Below are positions 48,901-58,113 of a stretch of DNA of 64,000 nt, piece by piece. Source of the stretch: a virus (Duplodnaviria > Heunggongvirae > Uroviricota > Caudoviricetes); the IMG/VR virus record IMGVR_UViG_3300033121_001335, positions 1-64,000 of that record; one strand, given 5' to 3'. Position 1 is the first letter of the stretch. Each line of letters starts with the position of its first letter. The notes under the pieces are model-generated. The model had not been told where the DNA came from and searched no databases. It saw nothing but the letters and a program-made list of their open reading frames with translations. The translations under genes were made by a program, and so were the position numbers.

Positions 48901-49848
48901 ATGGCAGCGAAAGGAGAAAAAAGAACAGAAAAAACAGGTGGAGAAGGAATTCAGCTAGTGTGTGGACTAGGATTAGTGGAAGAAATAGTGTGCATTAATC
49001 CCACAAATGCTGAAAAAGCAAAAATGTATGGGTATGAACTGGATGAAGACAGGGAGGAAACAGAATATGTAGGAGAGAATGAAGAGGGAAAAGCTAAACT
49101 AGCTTTAGACATTTATTATCGTTTACAGGGTGTAGAAGCTCCTAGAAAACAGAGGTTTTTCCTAGAAAATGAGGCGATTACATTTGAGGATGAGAATGAT
49201 GATAATAAGGTTAAATTTAAATTTGTCAATCAGGTGGGACAAATTGCTACGGCTGAAAGTGAAGATGATTTAGGTGATTGGTTTACGGAGTTTCAGGAAT
49301 GGGATAAGGATGAAAAGAAGTTCGTAAAAATTGGAGAAAAGAAAACATTTAGAAAGTGTTTAAGGGGTGAGGACACTCTCATGAGATTTTTAAGAGAGGC
49401 TCTCTCTATTAATTATGAGCTTCCATCGGCTGATTTAAGTTATAATTATAAAAAACTTTTCACTGGAAACACTAAAGAACTTCTAACAGATTTGCAAGGA
49501 GATTTATTCAGGAAATTTGTTGTTATGACTCAAGTGACCACTAAAGAAGGTGATGATGGTGTAAATCATTATGAGAAATTGTGGCTCCCTAACAATAATT
49601 TTGGTGTTCCGACACTACCAGAAGAGGCTATGAAGCATATTAACAACGGTTGTAAATTTCCTACAGGATGGATGGGTAAAAAGTGGAAAAAATACAAGGA
49701 AACATACGAAAAATATGCTCCTAGTGGATTTGCTCCACTAGAGCCCGTACGTCCATATGATGATTCAGAGGATGTTTCAGCAGGAACAACGGCTAAGAAA
49801 GAGCCTAAGAAGATTGTAGCTGGAAGTGATTCGGATGACGATTATTAA
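48901..49848 (+). CDS. hypothetical acidic protein
   Basis: 315-aa ORF followed by a GC-rich structured spacer. Confidence 0.4.
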   Translation: MAAKGEKRTEKTGGEGIQLVCGLGLVEEIVCINPTNAEKAKMYGYELDEDREETEYVGENEEGKAKLALDIYYRLQGVEAPRKQRFFLENEAITFEDENDDNKVKFKFVNQVGQIATAESEDDLGDWFTEFQEWDKDEKKFVKIGEKKTFRKCLRGEDTLMRFLREALSINYELPSADLSYNYKKLFTGNTKELLTDLQGDLFRKFVVMTQVTTKEGDDGVNHYEKLWLPNNNFGVPTLPEEAMKHINNGCKFPTGWMGKKWKKYKETYEKYAPSGFAPLEPVRPYDDSEDVSAGTTAKKEPKKIVAGSDSDDDY

Positions 49849-49963
49849 AATATAAGATATAAGGGTGACTCCCTCAACCTGCTCCAGCCCTTTTGGGGTC
49901 GGTAGGCAGAGTCGCCAAGGCGTACCTTGGGCATCCTATTACAGGGGGTGAAATTATACTCTA

Positions 49964-49995
49964 AGCCTTGAGAAGAAATTCTCAGGGCTTTTTTA
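49964..49995 (+). terminator. rho-independent terminator
   Basis: agccttgaga-agaaat-tctcagggct followed by tttttt. Confidence 0.55.
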
Positions 49996-50008
49996 TTATA
50001 TTTGTAAT

Positions 50009-51005
50009 TATGGGAGCAACAGGAGTTATAAAAAAGAAGAGAATATCAGTAGAAGAAATATTAGCTATTACACAAGGGGGTTGGGACGTATTTATTAAAG
50101 AAATAGGAAGATTTCCTGTATGTAAATCATTTAAACACCCATTAAAAAGAGATAAATCTCCTTCTGGTGCTATATTTAATCGAGAAGGAATATGGTTTTT
50201 AAAGGATTTTGCAGGAAAATTCCCCACCATGACGGCTATTCAATTTGTACAGAGGAAATATTCTTTAGATTTTAAAGAAGCTATGGATAAGATATGTCAG
50301 GATATGGGTATTAACCCTTCCACAAAAGAATATAAACCTATACAAATATTTGAAAAAGCCCCTATTTATGAACAAAGTGATATTCATATTGGATTTTCTG
50401 ATATGAAGTGGAAAAAAGAACATCATTTATTCTGGAAAAACACAGAAGTGACGGAAGCACATTGTAGAAAATATGATGCTTATGCTGTAAAAGAGTGTTC
50501 TATAAATAGAAAAAAAGTGAGAATGGGTTTAAATGAGGTGGTGTGGGCTTATTATGTAGAGGAAATAGATAGGGTTAAACTTTATTTTCCAGAAAGGGAA
50601 AAAAAATTAAGACATAGGGGAAATGTTCCTAACAATCATATATGGAATCTTCATAATATAGGAGAATGTGATAAACTTATCGCCCAGAAATCATTTAAAG
50701 ATTTATTAGTAACCACCATACTCACTCCTTGTGTTGTAGCTCTTCAAAATGAAGACGCTAAATTATTTGTTAATGCAGAAACTGGACCTAAGCTTGAAAA
50801 ATGCGGAAAAGAGATATTTTTAGCCTTTGGGAGTGATGAGCATGGGGTGGAAAATAGTAAAATCCTTACAGATGAATATGGATATAAATGGGTAAATCCC
50901 CCTAATAAATATTTAAAAGAGGATATTAATGATGCCTATTCTTTAGCTCATAAATATGGACTAAAAGCTTGGGAAGAATGTTTAAAAAAGAAAAAAATAA
51001 TATAA
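50009..51005 (+). CDS. hypothetical replication-module protein, possibly primase or Toprim-like (weak)
   Basis: The start was moved to the ATG at 50009, downstream of the terminator; the tracked ORF starts at 49968 inside the hairpin. A weak Toprim-like acidic patch FLAFGSDEHG is present. Confidence 0.3.
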
Positions 51006-51009
51006 AACC

Positions 51010-51390
51010 ATGAGATTACAAAAAGAGGAACTAGCGGCAGTGGCTGGACACATATTAGAACAAATAAAAGAAAAGAACAAAGTGGAAGTTTCAAAAAAAG
51101 ATAAGGCTTTAATAGCGGCTTTTTTCAAGTTAAAGACTAAAACCTATGAACAAATTGATGTCTTAAATAAATCCATAACAAATGCTCGTGGGGAGTTAAA
51201 TAAAACCTTGGGGACTAACCTTCCTATTTATGGAGAGTCTCAAGAAAGTTATGAAAAACAACTATCTAAATCAAAGGAAAAAAGTATTCCAACATTAGAT
51301 GAAATAAAAAAACAAGTGATTCTTAAGAGTTTATTTTCAGGCGAAAAGGAGTTGAAAGAGTTTATTAAAGAATTAGTGGCTAAATATTAA
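51010..51390 (+). CDS. hypothetical protein
   Basis: 126-aa ORF. Confidence 0.35.
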   Translation: MRLQKEELAAVAGHILEQIKEKNKVEVSKKDKALIAAFFKLKTKTYEQIDVLNKSITNARGELNKTLGTNLPIYGESQESYEKQLSKSKEKSIPTLDEIKKQVILKSLFSGEKELKEFIKELVAKY

Positions 51391-51392
51391 TA

Positions 51393-52130
51393 ATGAGTAA
51401 GCTTAATTGGGAGAAATTTAAAGAAAAATTCGATGAGAGTTGGCATTTAAAAATGAAGCCCTTTATTGAATCTAAAGAATGTTATGACATATACCAAGTG
51501 TTAAAAAGCCGGGGGAATGAAATATTACCATATTCTAAAGCTTTATGGAAGGCATTTAGATGGTGTAATTTGGATAATTTAAAATGTATTGTTGTAGGAC
51601 AGAGTCCATATCATACATTAGATAATGGAATACCCTTAGCAGATGGCATAGCCTTTAGTTGTAGCAACACTAAAAAAGAAAGTCCCAGTTTAAAAATTCT
51701 ATTTGACGCAATAGCTTATGATTTAGATAGGAGAACTATAGAAAGAAACCCAAACCTTGATTATTTATGTTTTCAAGACATTTTGATGTTAAATCTAAGC
51801 TTGACAATTAAAAGGGGCGACAAGAATAGTTTTGGAGAACATGAATTGTTGTGGAGACCGTTTATAGAATATCTGTTTAAAGAGGTGTTGAATACAATGA
51901 CGGGAATTCCTATTATATTATTTGGCAGTCCGGCTAAAGAACAAATAGTGCCTTTATTACATGATAGTCAGCCTTATAAGTGTGTTAAACATCCAGCTTG
52001 GTATGCTAGAGATAAGAGTCCTATGTTTACTGATTGTTTTAGTTGGGCTTCTAAAATGAGTTTTGACAATAATGGAGAGGAAATATATTGGGACTATAAT
52101 GACTATTTAGTAAAAGGTTTACCGTTTTAA
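51393..52130 (+). CDS. ung: uracil-DNA glycosylase (family 1)
   Basis: GQSPYH water-activating motif (consensus GQDPYH). N-terminal W..KPF region. Size about 245 aa. Confidence 0.7.
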   Translation: MSKLNWEKFKEKFDESWHLKMKPFIESKECYDIYQVLKSRGNEILPYSKALWKAFRWCNLDNLKCIVVGQSPYHTLDNGIPLADGIAFSCSNTKKESPSLKILFDAIAYDLDRRTIERNPNLDYLCFQDILMLNLSLTIKRGDKNSFGEHELLWRPFIEYLFKEVLNTMTGIPIILFGSPAKEQIVPLLHDSQPYKCVKHPAWYARDKSPMFTDCFSWASKMSFDNNGEEIYWDYNDYLVKGLPF

Positions 52131-52141
52131 TTAAAATAATT

Positions 52142-52477
52142 ATGAAAAAGAGATTATATTTCCAAGTGTGTAGCGCTTGTGGTTCAAAAGAAGTGGCAAG
52201 ATGTAAATGGGTAAATGTAAATGATGACACTATATATGACCAAGATTCAGGAACAACCCTAGAATGGTGCATGGAATGTGAAGATGAAACAAGTATAATT
52301 GAAGAAAATGAGTTTAAAGAATCATTTTTAGAAGAAATTCCCGGAAATGAATCTAAACCCTCTTGTGAAAATTGCGGAAGTCCAAACATAGAATGGCATC
52401 ATTATGATAAGAAAAGTGGGGAGCATTTTATAAAATGCTACAAATGTAACCACATTTTTGATGCTTCTTTAAGATAG
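52142..52477 (+). CDS. double zinc-ribbon protein
   Basis: Four CxxC pairs: CSACGS, CMECED, CENCGS, CYKCNH. Confidence 0.45.
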   Translation: MKKRLYFQVCSACGSKEVARCKWVNVNDDTIYDQDSGTTLEWCMECEDETSIIEENEFKESFLEEIPGNESKPSCENCGSPNIEWHHYDKKSGEHFIKCYKCNHIFDASLR

Positions 52478-52604
52478 TGGCTTGAACAACCATAGTTCAA
52501 CTAGAGTTTATAGGGTGATAGAACTAACTGGTCTGTCGTACAAATGTATTCGCTCATGATGACGTAAAATACAGCCCTATAAATTTCTTTTTTAAAATTA
52601 TAAG

Positions 52605-52814
52605 ATGACAAGAGAAGAGGAGGTAAATAAAGCCAAATTAGCCGTTTTTGATGTCAGGGGCTTTTGGTGGGTGATGCAGGATTTAGCGGATTTAAAGGGT
52701 CCGGAATGTGAAATAAAGCAGTTTTTAGCGGAATTACAAAAGAGATATGAGTTTATAGCTCAATCTTCTTTAGAAAAGCCTAAATATAGTCAGGCTAAAA
52801 TAGACTATTTGTAA
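52605..52814 (+). CDS. hypothetical small protein
   Basis: 69-aa ORF. Confidence 0.3.
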   Translation: MTREEEVNKAKLAVFDVRGFWWVMQDLADLKGPECEIKQFLAELQKRYEFIAQSSLEKPKYSQAKIDYL

Positions 52815-52884
52815 ATTATTTTTTAAAAACAAAATATTGTGTATATTTGCACAATGATTAATCAAACGTTTAAATTTAAACAAA

Positions 52885-53325
52885 ATGGCACAGACAAAGA
52901 GAAACGCAGTGGTAGCTTCGCCAGCTTCTAATCAGGCAAAAAAGTATGAAACAAACGCAACAACATGGGGCGAATTTAAGAAAGAAATTTCTGATTTGAT
53001 GGTGGGTAATGTTGAGGCTATTCTTAATCCGGGAAATGTCACTCTGAACAGAGATGATGCAGCTCTTCCCACAGGAGACTTCAGGGTGTTTTTGATTCCT
53101 ACAAAAAATAAAGCAGGAGTTATGAGTCCATCACAAGCACAAGGACTGGCTAAAGAAATCGGTGATGCTATTGTAGCTGCGGCTTCAAAGGCTTCAGATG
53201 ATGATGTACAAGAACTGAGAAACCAGCTTCGTGAAACTATCGAAGACTTTTTCGGAGTGAGTTTGGATAATGATTGCCCAGAATGCGATGAGGCACTAAA
53301 AGAGGCCAAAGCTTATTTAAGCTAA
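52885..53325 (+). CDS. hypothetical protein
   Basis: 146-aa ORF followed by a terminator. Confidence 0.4.
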   Translation: MAQTKRNAVVASPASNQAKKYETNATTWGEFKKEISDLMVGNVEAILNPGNVTLNRDDAALPTGDFRVFLIPTKNKAGVMSPSQAQGLAKEIGDAIVAAASKASDDDVQELRNQLRETIEDFFGVSLDNDCPECDEALKEAKAYLS

Positions 53326-53345
53326 TTTTTTTTTGATTGTTTAAA

Positions 53346-53372
53346 AAGGGGGTGTAAAAGCCCCCTTTTTAT
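53346..53372 (+). terminator. rho-independent terminator
   Basis: ggggg-tgtaaaag-ccccc followed by ttttt. Confidence 0.6.
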
Positions 53373-53387
53373 TTTAATTTATTTATT

Positions 53388-54566
53388 ATGGCAGAAACAT
53401 ATAAAATAGGTGATTATGTAGTGCTTTCTTCTACAAGACCTAGAGGTTGGACCACTTTTATGGACGAGTATTTAGGAAAAATTGTAGAAATAACTTATGT
53501 AGGGGGGAGAACATTTAATTGGCTAGGAAATGTTCGGGGATATACATTTGAATTAACTGATATTGTAAGAAAGGCTACTGATGAGGAAATAAAAGAGGTA
53601 ATAAGGAAGGAAGAAATAAAAAAACAGGAATTTAAAGAAAAATATAAACATTATATATTCGAAACAGATAAATTGGAGAAATTAGCTATAAGTGTATTTG
53701 GAAATGATAGGGTGTATATTGAAGATAAAAATGACCATATATATTTATATATACATTTTCCTGAAATAAACATCACCAATAGTTTAGAGCAAAAACATTT
53801 AATAAAAGACCTATATACAAGATTTAGTTTTACTGTAAGAAAAAACAATTTTGAAACGTCTGGTTATAAACTAAATTTAAGTTTTGCTGGTAGAAGGAGT
53901 TCTCTTTCTTTAAAAGAATATGAAAGTAGCTATAGACATAGTCATTTACAAAGTGGTCAAAATACATTCACTGAGTTTTGTTTAGGAAGCAGCGATTATT
54001 CTTTATTATTACAGAGTTTACAAATAGAGCCTATAGAGGATAATTGGATGATGGTGTTATTAGGATTGGAAAATTATTTAACTTGGGAAAGTTTAGAGGG
54101 TGGCCCATATATGACAATAGATAGTTTAAAATATAACAATAACAGGAGTGGTAGTGAGCTTGCAGCAGAAGCTAAAAGACTGGCAGGAGGCATACCAAAT
54201 GTTTGTTGGGAATTTATAAGTTCTAAATTTGGGCTAATTCCTAATCACCCATTATTATATAATTATTTTGATAAGAATTCTATAATAAGAAATCTCCATG
54301 CTTATTCCAAAGAGGAAGCTAAAGCAGCTGCTAAAAAAGCCACCAGTGAGCTCAATGGATATAGTTTAAATTGGAAGGGGAAGGATATAAATATGAGGGT
54401 GTATGCAGAGGATGAGACGGATGGAGATAACACCCTGAGCAGGGAAGTGGTGATAAAATATTGTGAAATATTATCAGATGAGAGTGTCAAATTTTTAAAA
54501 AATAGTCAATATGAAAGAGGAAAAGAAAGAAACGAAAAAAGAGTCTTTGGAAAAATTAGAGCTTAG
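53388..54566 (+). CDS. hypothetical protein upstream of the JAB and E1 genes. Candidate E2-like (UBC-fold) partner, weakly supported.
   Basis: 392 aa. It has the N-terminal YKIGDYVVL barrel-like module. HSHLQSGQNTFTEFCLGSSDY loosely resembles the UBC HPN...C-L active-site region. Its end overlaps the JAB start. Confidence 0.25.
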   Translation: MAETYKIGDYVVLSSTRPRGWTTFMDEYLGKIVEITYVGGRTFNWLGNVRGYTFELTDIVRKATDEEIKEVIRKEEIKKQEFKEKYKHYIFETDKLEKLAISVFGNDRVYIEDKNDHIYLYIHFPEINITNSLEQKHLIKDLYTRFSFTVRKNNFETSGYKLNLSFAGRRSSLSLKEYESSYRHSHLQSGQNTFTEFCLGSSDYSLLLQSLQIEPIEDNWMMVLLGLENYLTWESLEGGPYMTIDSLKYNNNRSGSELAAEAKRLAGGIPNVCWEFISSKFGLIPNHPLLYNYFDKNSIIRNLHAYSKEEAKAAAKKATSELNGYSLNWKGKDINMRVYAEDETDGDNTLSREVVIKYCEILSDESVKFLKNSQYERGKERNEKRVFGKIRA

Positions 54567-55791
54567 TAACAAGCCTACATTGGTTATAACTAAGGAATTA
54601 TGTGATAAAATAGCTTTTTTGCATAGCAAAGAAGATGTAGAATGGAGTGGGGAACTTATAGTGAGGGAAGAGGGTACAATAAATGATTTAGACGAATGGA
54701 AGCTTATAGCTGAAGATGTATTCCTCGTGGATATAGGTTCTTCTTCTTATACAGCCTATGAAGTGGGTAAGGGGAGTTTTCAAACAGACGATATAATGGA
54801 AATGTACGAAAAACATCCGGGATTATTAGAGGGCACACATAAACAACATCATATTCATTCACATAATAGTATGGGCTGTTTCTTTAGTGGAACAGACTGG
54901 GACCAAATGAATGACAGATGTTTAGTGAGTAACTATCTTCTTATGTTAATTGTAAATTTTGATGGAAAATGGTGCGCAAAGGTAGGATTTAAAGCCAAAA
55001 AAGAAGGAAATTCAGGAACTACACTCAATTTTGCTAATAATGCAGATGGTTTAAAACCACTAGTGCTAAAGGGAGATAAATCTGATGACGTATTGGTGGT
55101 TATGGATTGTAAAATTGTTAAAGAAAATAGTGTGACAGTGCCAGATGATTTTGTAAAAAGGTATGACACTGTTAAAAAGGTAAAAGAAGAGGCCAAAAAG
55201 AAAGAAGAAAAAGCAAGGCAATTTAGTGGTGGTGCTTACAACCGAGTGGGGCCTAAAAAAGATTGGAAACAACCTGTTCTAGGAGGCAGAGAAGATTGGA
55301 TGAGAGATGCTTGGGATGGTGTTGAAGAAGAGGATAGTGTGGATGATTACGAAAAAATAAATGGTGTTTGGAAGAAAACTAAAAATAAGCAGAAAAGAAT
55401 CAGTGAAATGACAGAAAAAGAATGGAATGAGAGTCAAAGCACTGGTGTAGGAAGTTTTACCATAGCTCATGCCAAAGCTCTTTTAAATTCCATTTTAGAT
55501 GGGACATATATGGCTTATGATTACTCAGACCCAATGAAGAAAATAGAAGAACAAGAGTCTAAACTAGTGAGGGGCACTGATGATTATGAAAAATATGTTG
55601 ATGAGTTTGCAGAGCTCCTTCAAGAACATTTTGATGTAATATTTTTATATAAAAATCAAAATGACTATATAGAACTTATGAATCAAGTGTTAGAATATTT
55701 AATTCCATACACATTTAGGAGTGATTTAGTGTCTATGATGATAGAAGCAGTAAAAATTGAAATTGAACTATATAAAGAACCTGTAATATGA
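54511..55791 (+). CDS. JAB/MPN+ (JAMM) metallopeptidase, deubiquitinase-like
   Basis: HSHNSMGCFFSGTD fits the JAMM signature HxH-x7-S-x2-D exactly, with an upstream acidic EWSGE. The C-terminal half is Lys/Glu-rich. Confidence 0.65.
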   Translation: MKEEKKETKKESLEKLELSNKPTLVITKELCDKIAFLHSKEDVEWSGELIVREEGTINDLDEWKLIAEDVFLVDIGSSSYTAYEVGKGSFQTDDIMEMYEKHPGLLEGTHKQHHIHSHNSMGCFFSGTDWDQMNDRCLVSNYLLMLIVNFDGKWCAKVGFKAKKEGNSGTTLNFANNADGLKPLVLKGDKSDDVLVVMDCKIVKENSVTVPDDFVKRYDTVKKVKEEAKKKEEKARQFSGGAYNRVGPKKDWKQPVLGGREDWMRDAWDGVEEEDSVDDYEKINGVWKKTKNKQKRISEMTEKEWNESQSTGVGSFTIAHAKALLNSILDGTYMAYDYSDPMKKIEEQESKLVRGTDDYEKYVDEFAELLQEHFDVIFLYKNQNDYIELMNQVLEYLIPYTFRSDLVSMMIEAVKIEIELYKEPVI

Positions 55792-56516
55792 GAGAACAAA
55801 CAACAAGAACAACAAGATTTAGTGGGGCTGATTGGTCAGACCAACTAAAAACCATCTATCTTATAGGACTGGGTGGAATAGGCAGCTATGTTGCTTATAA
55901 TTTAGCCAGAATAGGACATCAATTGATTTTAATTGATGGTGATATTGTTGATGAAACAAATGTAAATGGAGGACAGCTCTATCGTGTAGCAGATGTTGGT
56001 AAATATAAGGTGGACGTTATGCAAGAAATATGCAGACAATTTGGTGGAATAGGTGGAATTAGTGCTTACAGTACAAATTATGAAGAAGAGAATTTTGGTG
56101 CTAATGATATTACAATATGTGGACTGGATAATATGGCGGCCAGAAAACAAGTGTTTGAGGCCTGGGTTGATGGATTTTATGGGGACAAAGATGCTCTTTA
56201 TATTGATGGCAGACTTTTAATGGAAAGTATGGAAATATTTGCTATAAAAGGTGATGATGAAGAAGCTATTAGTAAATATAGGGAGGAACATTTATTTGAT
56301 GATAGTGAAGTGGCTGATTTAGACTGTACATCCAAACAAAGCTCATTTGCAGGGATGATTATAGCTGGTATGATGACAGCAATATTGTGTAATCATTTAA
56401 CCAACCGAAAAATGGGAATGGATTTTAGAACTGTACCATTTTATCAAAGGCTTCACCTGCCCATATTTAAACATGATGTTATAGAATCAACTATAGAAAA
56501 GGAGGCTTTGGTGTAA
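55788..56516 (+). CDS. E1-like ThiF/MoeB-family adenylyltransferase (ubiquitin-activating-like)
   Basis: Rossmann YLIGLGGIGSYVAYNLA followed by IDGDIVDETNVNGQ (consensus VDxDxVxxSNLxRQ) and VGKYKVDV. Size about 240 aa. Confidence 0.7.
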   Translation: MREQTTRTTRFSGADWSDQLKTIYLIGLGGIGSYVAYNLARIGHQLILIDGDIVDETNVNGGQLYRVADVGKYKVDVMQEICRQFGGIGGISAYSTNYEEENFGANDITICGLDNMAARKQVFEAWVDGFYGDKDALYIDGRLLMESMEIFAIKGDDEEAISKYREEHLFDDSEVADLDCTSKQSSFAGMIIAGMMTAILCNHLTNRKMGMDFRTVPFYQRLHLPIFKHDVIESTIEKEALV

Positions 56517-56517
56517 T

Positions 56518-57603
56518 ATGGCTAGAAAAGAAAAACCTATATACGAAAAAATACCCACCACAGGAGAACTAGTGGAATTAGACGGAACAAGTGAATATTT
56601 AAGGAATCATAATGGTTTTTATGCGCCGGAAAGGAATAATTTAACAATGAGCGTATATAGTGATTTTATTCCTTTATTGTATTTGACATCCGGGTTAAGA
56701 GCTCCTAGAATGAGGGTGAGTCAAAATTCTTATTTAAATATAGTGGGAATAGAGAAAGAAAAATATGTTGAAGAAGACTATCATAAATGGAAAGAAAAAT
56801 ATTTGCGTGGAGTGATTAGTGGATATTACGATAGTTCTTTTTCTTTTGATAAAAATCAGAATATTATAGGATTACATTACGAGCTTAAAAGATGGATTGA
56901 AATGGATTCTAAGATGGATGTAGAAAGCTTGATTCCATACCCATCGCATTCTTGGAGTGTTTGTGATAGAACTGCCGTATTAAATAGAATGGGCAGATTT
57001 CAAATTGGAAGCAGTTGTCAACGAACTTACAGGGTGGGGACAAGTGCTTTTTCTTTATATTTAGCAAACAATCAACAATGGACTCCGCATGTTTTAGCTG
57101 TAGTGCTCCCGGAAAACTACATCTATTTGAAATATAAACTATTAACACAGAATGTGTTAGACCTTAGTAAGGTGATTATACTAATAGATAGGGAATTGGA
57201 TACAACAACCTTTCCAAAGCAGCCCTTTAGAAAGCTTTATAGGGAAGGTATGATGCCACGCATAATGAAAAGCGCTTGTGATGTTTGGAGAGTGCCTCAA
57301 AGTTTTATAAAGGAAAAATGTTTTGTAGAACCGTTTAGTTTAAGAGGAATCGGACCTTTAGAGAGAAAAAGGGTGTTAGACCAACTTATCGAAGGATTTG
57401 TAAGTTTTTTAGATGAGAAAAAAGAAGAAGATAAGTATAAAGCCCTTCTTACTTCTTCATTGACTGAAGCTTTTCAACAAATAACTGCTACAAGTGGACT
57501 TTATAACATTTCTACAAATCAACAAGGACAATCTAGTGCTGATGCCATATATGTGGGAGGAGTAGACCCAATAGATATAGTTTATGAAGAAAATAGAAAT
57601 TAA
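56518..57603 (+). CDS. hypothetical protein downstream of E1. Candidate partner or target in the Ubl-like module.
   Basis: 361-aa ORF whose start abuts the E1 stop. A terminator follows. Confidence 0.35.
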   Translation: MARKEKPIYEKIPTTGELVELDGTSEYLRNHNGFYAPERNNLTMSVYSDFIPLLYLTSGLRAPRMRVSQNSYLNIVGIEKEKYVEEDYHKWKEKYLRGVISGYYDSSFSFDKNQNIIGLHYELKRWIEMDSKMDVESLIPYPSHSWSVCDRTAVLNRMGRFQIGSSCQRTYRVGTSAFSLYLANNQQWTPHVLAVVLPENYIYLKYKLLTQNVLDLSKVIILIDRELDTTTFPKQPFRKLYREGMMPRIMKSACDVWRVPQSFIKEKCFVEPFSLRGIGPLERKRVLDQLIEGFVSFLDEKKEEDKYKALLTSSLTEAFQQITATSGLYNISTNQQGQSSADAIYVGGVDPIDIVYEENRN

Positions 57604-57621
57604 AAAATAAATATTAAAAAT

Positions 57622-57652
57622 AAGCAGGAATTAAATATTTCTGCTTATTTTT
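57622..57652 (+). terminator. rho-independent terminator
   Basis: aagcag...ctgctt followed by attttt. Confidence 0.5.
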
Positions 57653-57658
57653 GTATGT

Positions 57659-58111
57659 ATGAGAAGAAAAAAAGGAAAAAAGCCTATAAAGGCTAGAACA
57701 GACACATCATCTAAGAAACGCAAGGCTGTAAAGAAGAAAATAGCATCAAAAAGAAAGGCTGCCCCAAAAACCAGAAATGCTGGCAGATGGTCAGAAGGAG
57801 AGTTCTGGCAATCAATTCGTTCGGCTTTGAGAAATCGAACCAGATTTTGGGTTCCTAAATTGGAAGCTTTAAAGAAGGCTAGAAGGCCGTCTCAGAGTGT
57901 TAATAAGCGACTTAAATGGGAGTTTATGTGTGCTGAATGTAAAAACTGGTTTCCTCAGAAGGGTGTACAAGTGCATCATGATGTAGAGGCTGGAAAGCTT
58001 AATTCAGCAGAAGATTTAGCTGGATTTGTAGAGAGACTTTTTGCTGAAGAGGGTTGGACAGTTATGTGTCGGGGATGTCATTCTGAACATCATAAAAAAT
58101 TAAAACAATAA
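57659..58111 (+). CDS. HNH endonuclease
   Basis: Basic N-terminus, then VQVHHDVEAGKLN...CRGCHSEHH (HNH plus zinc-binding Cys and His residues). Confidence 0.5.
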   Translation: MRRKKGKKPIKARTDTSSKKRKAVKKKIASKRKAAPKTRNAGRWSEGEFWQSIRSALRNRTRFWVPKLEALKKARRPSQSVNKRLKWEFMCAECKNWFPQKGVQVHHDVEAGKLNSAEDLAGFVERLFAEEGWTVMCRGCHSEHHKKLKQ

Positions 58112-58113
58112 CA

